This document shows, piece by piece, positions 52,851 through 64,000 of a stretch of 64,000 nucleotides of DNA. Source of the DNA: Octopus vulgaris (Eukaryota); assembly GCA_951406725.2 (NCBI GenBank), contig OX597814.1, positions 81,034,001 to 81,098,000 on the forward strand, given 5' to 3'. A program made the position numbers and the translations under genes. A model generated the notes under the pieces. The model saw only the letters and a program-made list of their open reading frames with translations, made no database searches and was not told the origin of the DNA. Position 1 is the stretch's first letter. Every line of letters starts with the position of its first letter.

Positions 52851-54399
52851 GCTAGGATATGTGTGTGTGTGTGTGTGTTTGTGGTGTGTAGTACACAGGC
52901 CATATACATACTATGAGAGAGTGTAACATGTCACAGTGATACACACATGCATGGATGCTGCAAACTTCATTTTGTTGCAGTGTACCACAGATTATTCTCA
53001 TTGGATGTCTCCTGCTGAAGTGACTACATGATGAAGATTAATGTTTGCAAATCTCTTTTAATATATATTTTGTTTTTAAATCTGACAATGGAAAGGTAGC
53101 ATCAACTCCATTAGGATTTGAAAGTAGCACAATAGAAAGTCTGGCTTGAGTAATACAGTAAATTACACTGTTTTGACCACTAATATTGATTTCTAAATTG
53201 ACTGCACATCACAGATTTGTTGAAATATGGGAATATACATCTTGAATGAACGATCATCTAGAAAAGCTGTTAAGCCTAATTAACACTCTGTGTTCTGTTA
53301 GTCTTTTAATGTCAACTATATTACTCTGATATTAATTTCTCTATTTGACCTCTGATCTCTATCGAACTACACTTCAATATATGCACCATGTTGTTGCATA
53401 TGATAAAGAAATTCTCATCTTTGGGTATCATATGTGGTGGATTTGCAGCATTGTTAGAGTACAGAACTAAATGGTTTACTGTATGTTTTTCAGCTCTCCA
53501 CACTTGAGTTCAAATTTTGCAAAGGTTAGTTTTGCCTTGCAGCCTTTAGGGGTTGAATAAAGTACTATTCCAAGGGTATTAGTCCAAAGTGGTTGACAAA
53601 TGGAATAATTAGAGAATCACTCAAGGTGTCATCTAGTATCTGTTGCAACTCTTTGTCTTGAGTTCTTGGGGGCAGACTTACTATGTCAGTTGGTTTAACC
53701 TCACCAGCTGACCCTTGTGTCTTTTTAGTGGAGTTCCCTTTGTTGCAAGCACTTGGTTCAGACAGATCTCTGATTTGAAGATAACTCTCTCCCTCCCTCC
53801 CACTGTCCATCTGTCTTAAGCTAAATGGTAAAAAAAAATAATGAAAATTTAAAAAAATGAATATAACCTGATTGTTTAAGTGGCACTGTAAAGGGATGAG
53901 GTATAGTCAACTCTTGTGATGTTTTAAGTGAGAAAAGTAAAGCAATGAGATGAGTTAAAGAAAGTGCTTCTATATGGTTTCTTGAAATATCAGCCAAATT
54001 TTCCTCTAATCTTATCTTTAAACAAGAAAATTGCATCAAAGCTATGTGTAGTGATGTCATATATGGCATGCAGACCATCATTTAATTTGTTTAACAAGCA
54101 CATGTTTTTATTTTTCTCTTCTGTTTTACAAATCCACTGTGCACATGCACATTGCATGTTCATACTTCTCTTTCCAGTTCCTACTCAGAGCTATTTACAG
54201 ATCACAACCATCTCACAAACCTGCATTCCAGGGAGCACTTCATGCTCCAATGATTGCGAAAAAAGGAAGGCCATAAAAATGTAGTCTTCGATACATCAGT
54301 TGAAGAAAAAAGATGGATTACAGATGGAATGCCTCCAATCATAAGTCATATGTATCCTTGACTAGGTTCCAAGGGCTAAAAAAATCAAGAAAAATTAAG

Positions 54400-54596
54400 T
54401 AAATATTGTAAGGCATTTAGTTCAGTGTTCTAATGTGTGTTGCATTTTATTGCTGTCCTCTTCTTGATCAATTATATTGACTTCAAATTTAAATAAATAT
54501 TTAAATAAATATTGTAAGGCATTTAGTTCAGTGTTCGAGTGTATGTTGCATTTTATTGCTATGCTCTTCTAGATCAAACATATTGACTTTCAAATT
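54400..54596. repeat. Local tandem duplication (~90-bp unit x2)
   Basis: taaatattgtaaggcatttagttcagtgttc...ttgcattttattgct...atattgactt at 54400-54490 and 54506-54596. Confidence 0.9.
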
Positions 54597-55353
54597 ACAT
54601 CAACAGCAGTGTTCAACTAGTACTTATTTTATCAAACCAAAAAGGATGAATGGCAAAGTCAGCTTCGGCAGAATGTGAAAACGAACAAAATGCCACTAAG
54701 TATTTTGTCCAGCATGCTAATAGTTCTGTCAGCTCGCCACCTTGCCAGTAAGAATAATATTAATAGTAAGGGTTTCTGATTAAGGCATAAGGTCAGTAAT
54801 TTTGAGGATATCGGATTAGTCAAAACCATCAACTCCAGTACTTAAATGATATTTATTTTATTGATTCCCTCCTCTCAGTATCGAAACTATTGTTATTATT
54901 AGAGAGGTGAACTGGCAGGATCATTAGTACATCTAAGTGCTAAGTGACATTTCTTCCTTCTTTTTACATTCTGAGTTCAAATGCCACTGAGGTCAACTTT
55001 TGTCTTTTATCTTTTTGGGTTCAATAAAATAAGTATTAGTTGAACATGGAGTGAGGTCAATGTAATCAACTATCCTCCCTCCTTAAAATTGCTGGCCTTG
55101 TACTAAAATTAGAAGGAATTATTACTATTATTATTATTATTAAGGCAGCGAGCTGGCAGAATTGTTTGCACACCAGGCAAAATGCTTAGTGGTATTTCGT
55201 CTGCCACTACATTCTCAGGTGAAATTCAACCAAGGTCGACTTTGCCTTTCATCCTTTAGGAGTCGATAAAATAAGTACCAGTTGAACACTGGGGGCAAGG
55301 TATTTGACTCGTCCCCTCCCCCCAAAATGGCTGCCCTTGTGGCAAAATTTGAA

Positions 55354-55403
<50 letters not shown>

Positions 55404-55806
55404 TATAATACAGCTATTATGAGTAGAACGTTTTCAACCATTAGCTAAGTCTATCATAATTAATGATTGAAACATGACTGAAATTCTTGGACAGTATATA
55501 TAATATATATTATGTCTCTATTGTGCAAAAACTTTGATCAGCTGATCTTATTGGAGTTATCTTCCTTGATGATCTCATATTTTAGATTTTAAAGACCCTT
55601 CCTCACCTCCCAAAGAGGAGTTTTGTATTCTAACTATATAAATAATCTCACAATATTACATACGCAAGTGTGTCTTCCATATTAATTCAGAGGTTGATTG
55701 AATGAACTATATTCCATCCCTACAGTTTTGTGGGCTTTGTGCCAAGATTATATGTCAATAATAATAATAATAACAATAATAATAATAATTATAATTATTA
55801 TTATTA

Positions 55807-55844
<38 letters not shown>

Positions 55845-56975
55845 TGTTATTATTATTATTATTATTATTTGTTATTATTATTATTATTATTATCAAAGGC
55901 AATGGAGTGAACAAATTATAGGATTTTGGACTAAATGACCAGTACACATAATAATGTCCTTCTCCACTCGGAAGTTCGAATACCACCAAGATCAACTATG
56001 CCTTTCATTCCATTCTTATATTAAGGTTGATTCAACCAACTACACCCTTCCCCTAGAATCTCTGGTCCTGTGCCAATGTAACTAGTTCCTATTATCATTA
56101 TTAATAATCAGTTTTGGTGGGGGGCATTTGTGGCCTTCAGCCAATCTAATAAATTATTGTTGAAACAATTATTACTAGTAGAATTTTTGTTTAGGCAGCA
56201 AGCTGGTAGAATTGTTAACGTGCTGGACAAAATGCTTAGTGGGTTTTTTGACTGTCTTTATGTTCTGAATACAAATTTTGTTGAGGTCAACTTTGCCTCT
56301 TATCATTTCAGAGTCCTGGGATCAATGTAATTGACTAGCCCCCTCCCATCAAATTTCAGGCCTTGTGTATGTAGTAGAATTATTAGTATTTTTGTTGTTG
56401 TTGTTGTTGCCTTGTTTTATAGGAGCTGTTCCAAGTCTCACCCAAAGACCTCAAGTAACAGCAAGTTGAGTGTTTTACTGTTGATGTTACTTATGGAGAC
56501 CAAATATTACGATGTTATCGTTGTTGTTATTAAGGTGGCAAACTGGCAGAATATCATTGACACACAAGGGGCAAAATGCTTAGCAGCTTTTCATCCGTCC
56601 TTACATACTCAGTTCAAATTCCACCAAGGTCAACTTTGCCTTTCATCTTCTCAGGGTTGGTATAGTTGAGCACTGGGGTTGATTTAATCGACTTATCTCC
56701 TCCCCAAAACTGCTGGCCTTGTGTCAAAATTTGAAACCATTATTATTATATTTAAGGCAGTGAGCTGGCAGAATTATTAGCATGCTGGGCAAAATGCTTA
56801 GTGGTATTTCATGTGTTCTGAGTTCAAATTCCACCAAAGTTGACTTTGCCTTTTATCCTTTCAGAGTCAATAAATTAAGTACCAGTTTAATATTGGGATG
56901 GATTTAATCAACTAGCACCCCCTCCCCCAAAATTTCAGGCCTTGTGCCTTTAGTAGAAAGGATTATTATTATTAT
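54597..56975. mobile_element. Dense cluster of SINE family B copies separated by (ATT)n
   Basis: Copies at ~54597-54745(-), 54775-54865(-), 54903-55125(+), 55142-55360(+), 55905-56100(+), 56192-56385(+), 56533-56745(+), 56754-56975(+). Core motif gtcgactttgcctttcatccttt...gtcgataaaataagtaccag. Confidence 0.88.
55757..55826. repeat. Perfect 70-bp AT-rich palindrome
   Basis: (AAT)5AAC(AAT)5TA|TA(ATT)5GTT(ATT)5 with mirrored C/G interruptions at 55774 and 55809. Confidence 0.92.
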
Positions 56976-57206
56976 TATTGATCTATTTCAGTTACTATTT
57001 TTTCTCATTTGTTTATTTTATATTTCCTTTGTAAACAATAGCATCACTGGTTACAGGTTTCCAACTAGCCAGTCACTGGTACTTATGATGGCAAGAGTGA
57101 GAAAGGTTTGTCTAGGCAACTTGGACAAAATGAATATCACAAGGTATTTTTGTTCACAAGCACAGTTTATTGGTTTTTTATCATCTGTGTTTATATATCT
57201 TTCACA

Positions 57207-57780
57207 CAGGTGTGGCTGTGTCAGTAAGCTTCCAAACTACATGCTTTGGGGTTCAGTCCACCATGTGGTACCTTGGGAAAGTGTCTTCTACTATAGCCTC
57301 TGGCCAACCTAGTCCTTCTGAGTGGATTTGGTAGATAGAAACTGAAAGAAGCCCATTGTATATATATGTGTGTGTGTCTGTGTTTGTCCCCTACCATCAC
57401 TTGACAACCGGTGTTGGTGTGTCTATGATCCAGTACCTTAGCAGTATGGCAAAAGAGACTGATAGAATAAGTACCAAGCTTAACCATTTATTCTATCAAA
57501 AGTAATACTTTATTTATTCACACTGTTTTGAATTAATCATGCAATATCTCATAGCATTGAGATTTCGATTATGTGATTGTTTATTTGTAGAATGACATTG
57601 TAGAGTAGGTGTGAGAGATCAGATCTGTCCTATTTGAACATAAAACACAATATTTTGGCCAGATATGGCCAGTTTAAATGCTAAAGGGTTAAAAAAAAAA
57701 GCACTGGAATCCATTCATTCAACTAATATTCTTCAAGGTGATGCTCCAGCATGGCCACAGTCTGATGACTAAAACAAAAT
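57207..57780 (+). mobile_element. SINE family A interrupted by a MITE
   Basis: The family A sequence breaks at gtaccaagcTTAA and resumes at TTAAaaaa..gcactgg. Confidence 0.85.
57484..57688. mobile_element. piggyBac-like MITE with TTAA TSD
   Basis: TTAA at 57480-57483 and 57689-57692; ends ccattta / taaaggg; nested inside a SINE. Confidence 0.8.
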
Positions 57781-57845
57781 ATAAAAGGTATAAGCAATAG
57801 ATATGCACATTCACATATTGAGAGTTAGGCAGACAAATATATCTA

Positions 57846-57947
<102 letters not shown>

Positions 57948-57977
57948 CACACACCCACACACACACATAACTATATA

Positions 57978-58303
57978 ACTAGCACTCTGTCAGTTACAAT
58001 GATGTGGGTTCCAGTTGATCCAGTCAAAAGAACAGCTGCCCTTGAAATTAACATGGAAGTGGCTGAGCATTCCACAGATATGCATACCCTCACCATTGTT
58101 CTCAAGGAGATTCACTGTCACACAGAGTGTGACATAGCTGGACCTTTGAAATAGAAAAACAACTCCTTTTTACTTAGTTGAATGGACTGGAGCATCATGA
58201 AATAAAGGGTCTTGCTGAAAGACACAGTATACTGCCAGGAATCAAACTCAGGACCATACGATCATGAAGTGAATACTCTAACCACTAAGCCACATGCCTT
58301 CAC
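57978..58303 (-). mobile_element. SINE family E
   Basis: Colinear with 8468-8765. Confidence 0.8.
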
Positions 58304-58304
58304 C

Positions 58305-58342
<38 letters not shown>

Positions 58343-58782
58343 CAAGCTAGTGTGCTATTTCTTGGACAAATTCCACTCGCAAGAAATTGATTGTCTTGAA
58401 GGTATGATATAAGAGATTCGCCAAAAGTGACCCAATGGGATTGAACTTGGAACTGTATGAGTTGCAAAGCAAACTTTTTCACCTTAGCCACTCAGCCATG
58501 CTTATTAAAACCTATCAGTGATGATAAAGATGGGGGAATGGGAGGAGGTATAGAGGAACATGAGAGTGATTCAGCTTTTTGCCTAAGTAAAAAACAAAGA
58601 TATTATTCTATTATAGGCAGAATGATCAGAAAGCCAGAAAAAGTACTTTGTGGTATTTGCTCTGGCTCTTTACAATCTGATTTGAAATCGCACCAAAGTC
58701 AACTTTACCTTTCACACCTTTGGGTGCTATATAATAAAGTATCAATCAAATAGTAAGTTTTTATAATATTGACTAATCTCTT

Positions 58783-59000
58783 AAGGCAGTGATCTGGCAG
58801 AATTGTTAGCACACCAGGCAAAATGTTTAGTGGCATTTCATCCACCTTCATGTACTGAGTTCAAATTCTACTGAGGTTGACTTTGCCTTTCATCCTTTCA
58901 GAGTCAGTGAAATAAATACCAGTTGAGTACTGGAGTTTCTTTAATTGACTTACCCCTCTCCCCAAATTACTGGCCTTGTGCCAAAATTTGAAACCAATAT
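58783..59000 (+). mobile_element. SINE family B
   Basis: Full head-to-tail match to 55142-55360. Further copies at 4970-5100, 31548-31750, 36415-36610, 39040-39220, 40170-40385, 60495-60705 and 61373-61585. Confidence 0.88.
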
Positions 59001-59497
59001 TATTTCATCCCCTCTCCTCAAATAAGTGACCTTGTGCCTAAGTCAGAAATTATTATAGTGAAGGTATCAGAGTTGGAAAATTTGAATTAAATTCCTTCCA
59101 TCTGTATGTACTGACTCAATTAAATTAGTGAAAGTAACTTTGCTTTAAATATTTTCAGCTTCAGTAGCAATAATGCATACCAGTAATATTCTGATGTCAA
59201 ATCAATACTTTTCCTATTCCCCCACATAAATTGACCCTGTGGCATTTTGTTTATTTATTTATTACTGCAGTCCTCTCATAGAAATTCTTATTCATATATA
59301 GTCTTTATTGGAATTCACAAACGTTGGTACAGATGGGATGGAAATAAATTGTAATTGTTTGCAGAACTTATTACTTGAATTAATCTTAGAATATATTATA
59401 GAAACATGGCAAAAACACCTGAATGGATGCCATTATTTTCATCACTTTTATGACTTTTTTTTACTTCATTTATTATCTCACCCTCTTTTTCTCCCTT

Positions 59498-59545
<48 letters not shown>

Positions 59546-59702
59546 CTTTTCTTTCTCGATTCCTCTTGCCCTCCCTTTTGCTTTTGGTATTAAACTGATA
59601 CTAAGTAATATCATTTCTACAGTTGAGTTCATTTTATATGTGTGTGTGTGGGTGCACACACACACACACACACACAAAGAGAGGGAGAGAAAGGAAGATG
59701 TC

Positions 59703-59777
<75 letters not shown>

Positions 59778-62558
59778 GTGTGTGTGTGTGTATATATATA
59801 GTAATATCTATTCATAAAATCCAATAGACATTTACATTAGCTATTAAATTGTCTTAACGATTTTGCTAACTATAGAAATAATAATTTGTTTTTAGAACAA
59901 ATATCTAAATGTGAAACCAGAAAAAATGTAAAGAAGAAAAACAAAAATCCTTTATGTTCCTTGTACATAGGTAGGTTAGATTAGTAGCACAGATTTAGAT
60001 ATCTATATTTTCTAGAATATATTATTGCTTCTGCGGTGTAGGTGGTATAATGCACATACAAATATTCTTGTCCATATCCATAAAAAGCAATATGACTGAT
60101 TGGTAGGCAAGCCTGCTTTAATTCAAGAAATACATACAAGAGCTGTGAGTTGTTGTTTAGACCTATGTATGCTCTGATCAAGTAGACTTATGATCAATTA
60201 AATTCCAGCCATGGCCATTTTATTTATTTGTTAGGTTTTAGTCAAGACAGAAAGTAGTGGCTATAACTGTTTATGGGACCTTGAAGACTGGTGGGAGGAA
60301 GGAAGATATCCTGAAATCAGAGGCCTAGCCTGAATGTCTGCAACAAAGTGGACTGTGCTAATGACACCTAAAGTACCAGGTTAGGGTGTTAAACTGGGTG
60401 ATTCAAGCAATATATTCTGTGAACAGTGATGTCATTCATTACAAGTTTCCAGCCAGCTAATCTGGTATCAGGTTCCATATGCCAGAATAAAAATGGTTTC
60501 AAATTTTGGCACAAGACCAGCAATTTCATGGGTGGGAGTGAGTTAATTACATCGGCTCCAAGGCTCAACCAGTACTTATTTTATCAATCCTGAAAGGATG
60601 ATTGGTATGTCAATCTCAGCAGAATTTGAACTTAGAATATAAAGACAGATGAAATGCAATTAAGCGTTTTGTCCAGAGTGCTAACAATCTTGCCAGCTTG
60701 CTGCCTTAATTACCAGATTCATAATGACAGTTATTTTACTAAATCTTTCATTTCTTTTCAAAATTAATTGAAACAAAGTCAATATATTTCAGCCAAAATA
60801 AGGCAATGAAAGGGTCAAAGTAGTTCTGAGATATAAAAGATAGTGTTTTCATAACTTTTTTTTGATAATATGCATTAATGGTTTCCCATTGCGTTCTGCT
60901 GGTTTATTTACAATTTACTCTGCTAGTCTCCTGTTCTACCAAGTTTACCCTTGAGGCACCAGACTTATTCAGCCCCTAGGTAGCAGGACTGGTTCATATA
61001 ACATTAGAGCATGTCCACACATCAGTACTCATGTAATGACATATCCAAAAGCCAGTACTTCTCCCAGACCTGTATGCCATGGCAATAGGACCATCTTTTG
61101 CCGTTCGATCCATAACTACCATCCCAGGCCAGAACAGACTTAAGAGAAATTTTTGCACACTCACCCAAAACTTCTGAATTTCTGGTCTGGCCTGGTGTTT
61201 CACCATCAGATGCAGTTTAATGTCTGGTCCAAAATACAATTTAAACATAACTTATTTAAAAATTTTACTTATCACTAAACAAACATAACCAACACGAACA
61301 GATTAATTATTATAACTAAAGCAAAAGGAAAATACATGTGTTCAGCATTTTATAATGTAATATATGTATATGAAAGGTGGCAAGCTGACAGAATCATTAG
61401 GAAGCCAAGCAAAATGTTTTGTGGCATTTTGACCATCCTTATGTTCTGAGATTAAATTCTGCTGAGGTCATCTTCGCCTTTCATCCTTTTGGGGTTGATA
61501 AGTATCAGTCGAGAACTAGTGTTGATTTAATCAACTCAGTCCCTACTCCAAAACTGCTGGCCTTGTGCCAAAATTCGAAACTAATATAATATATATATAT
61601 AATGAGCTTATTGTTATAATTCATTATTTACATTGTAGTAAATCTGACACTTGGAAGAAACCCCTTTGCGGTGCCCTTTTTCTCATAGTATCTTTAGGAT
61701 ATGTTTATATTGTTTAGTTATTAATCCAAGCCTGCATTTGGTTTTTATAAAAAAGATGTAAAGGTCAAATGATTGACTCTGTTTATCATTATAATGTGCA
61801 TCTCATAAATAAATATTTATGTTACATTTGAAATAAAGTTCTTTTCCTCCTTTTCTTTTTCTTTTCTTTTTTTTTTTTTCAATTTCATACCTTGAGTTAT
61901 GTAAATGGTTCAAGAATTACTATTCTCTGTTTGCTCTGTCTTCGTGACATTTTGCATGTTATTCAACGAAATAATGTTGATAGCAACCGTGCCTACTTAA
62001 AGAATATTCAGAGGAAATATGTGAAGATGTAAAACTGCTTATCTCTCTTAATACTTTCACATTCTCACGTATCTGTGCAATAAACTGGCTTCTGATGAAT
62101 ATACTTGTTATAAATAGCTTTACTCATTGAGACTGTAGAAGGGGGTTTCCTTGTTGTTGGTATTTTTATTTGCATAGGTGTTATGTGATGTGTGTGTGTG
62201 TTTAACTTTTTTCTGTGTCTCTTATGTATTATTTATTAACCATCTCATAAATTTCCATATATTCTTAAATGCAAACTTAGACACACACACACACATACAC
62301 ACACACGCACACACTCACACACTCACACACATGCATATATGTAAACATACTATGGGTGTATGTATATGTTTATGCATGCATGGATGTATGTACCTACTCA
62401 CATGTATTAATGCTAGATATCCTATAAGCTTGCCAGGTTTTCAAATATATGACTTATTTTAATGTTAACTTATGGGACATTGTTTGTGTGTGTGTGTATG
62501 CAAGTGTATGTCCTGTATGTATGTATTTACACACACACATACACACACACACACACAC

Positions 62559-62604
<46 letters not shown>

Positions 62605-63129
62605 TGAGACACACAGAAAACTTAGATTTTTATGTCAGCATTGTGCTGAAGATCAAACATGTATGATGTTGCAAACTCTCTACACTCAATTCTCATTTCT
62701 TTCATATTCACTTTCTTCACACTTTCTCTCTCTCTACCTCTCTTTCCACTTGTCTTTACTAAATCAATTGTTCATCTTTGTACATACTTATATGTAAAAA
62801 TACACATGACTTGTACATCGGTAGACACATGTCAAGTGCTTCTACATACCACTTGCAATATCAATGACTCTGTAAGTGGCACCTCTAGAGTTAAAACTAC
62901 CACATAAACTTCATTTCTATTTTTTCTGCCTCTGTCTCTGCATATTATACTGCACTCATAAAGCTCCCACCAAACATTCCTTCTCTGTTCTGCATCCATC
63001 CCCATAGCAAATACATATTTACCATTACCATTAAATAATGGGCTCTAAGTCACATACTATCCTTGCTAAATTCTTAAATCTCTCTCTCTCTCTCTCTCTT
63101 TCTGCAGAGTTCTCTCCCAATCTCTGTAA

Positions 63130-63860
63130 GCATACCAGAACAATGTGCTTCATTTCCAAAGGAAGCAACTTCTCTTTCTCTCTTATCAACTAATTGCCTT
63201 CACTTCTAACATCTCAAAGGTTAGAGAAACAACCACATCCTTTATCATCATGGGCATGTCTCTTTTTAACCTCTTACTGATCACTAGTATGGTTTCTATA
63301 GAACCAGCTCTGCTTGTGGCTTGCTCTCATAGCTTCTTATCCTTGATGATATTTGTGAAACCAATGTTTTTACTCTTTATATATGCAGGCCTTTGACCAC
63401 ATCTAGCATAGGTAGCTCATGCCTATGCTATGCTACCCTACTTGTGGGTTAGATTTTAGTTCTCTTGAATTAGAGATTTCCTGTCAAACCACCGTATTCT
63501 ATCAAGTGATAATGGGACTGCCTTCAACCAGCATTCTGTAAATTCTAGTGAATTCCAAGGATTTGTTATGTATGTCTCACAAATCTCACTGTACATTAAT
63601 GACCTACCAGCTTTCATAGCTTACTTTACACACACAGACTCCTAAGCAAGTGAGAGAACAGAATTCTTCATTCAACTTTAACTCTGCACACATCATTCAC
63701 AACACTAAGACATACCACACCCAAACATACAGTGCTTCCATGAACAGAGACCTTGAAAATATTCTCTCTACTGGAGACGTGATAACCTACTTTCCATCAA
63801 CTTTATCAGTACACAATCAACTCACTGCTACAACTAACTCTCAGATGTACTCTGATTCCT
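63130..63860 (+). mobile_element. Highly decayed CR1/L2/Jockey-group LINE RT fragment
   Basis: SYQLIAFTSNISKVRE (consensus-like NYRPIALTS..SKV.E) and SVNSSEFQGFVM...LYINDLP (consensus-like VNSGVPQGSVL...LYINDLP). Confidence 0.65.
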
Positions 63861-63864
63861 TTTC

Positions 63865-64000
63865 TATGTGGCTGTGTAGTAAGAAGCTTGCTTCCCAATC
63901 ACATGGTTCTGGTTCAGTCTTCTACTATAGCCTTGGGCTGACCAAAACCTTATGAATGGATTTGGTAGACAGAAATTGAAAGAAGCCCATTTATATATAT
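63865..64000 (+). mobile_element. SINE family A 5' part (internally deleted, runs off the window)
   Basis: gtggctgtgtagtaagaagcttgcttcccaatcacatggttctggttcagtc...ggatttggtagacagaaattgaaagaagccc. Confidence 0.85.

Overview
AT-rich eukaryotic genomic DNA, dominated by repeats. The microsatellite load, SINE families and a zinc-finger RTE LINE point to a coleoid cephalopod, most likely Octopus (inference, not a database match). I recognise no intact host protein-coding gene: almost all listed ORFs are translations of (TA)n/(TG)n/(CT)n tracts, SINEs or decayed transposons. Supported mobile elements: a near-complete hAT transposon with TIRs and an 8-bp TSD, two DD34D mariners, one DD41D element, RTE LINE fragments (one with three C2H2 fingers and a 24-bp TSD), an R4/Dong-type RLE fragment, CR1/L2-like remnants, Penelope-like (GIY-YIG) fragments, several MITEs and dozens of tRNA-derived SINEs. 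The most notable signal is a set of at least five sequence-unrelated fold-back elements, mostly in or beside (TA)n. Each carries a minimal type I hammerhead ribozyme fold (mostly mutated), and the inversion points lie in or next to the ribozyme in several of them. A CpG-retaining zone at about 10.1-12.9 kb looks like a promoter, with candidate spliced exons on both strands (low confidence).
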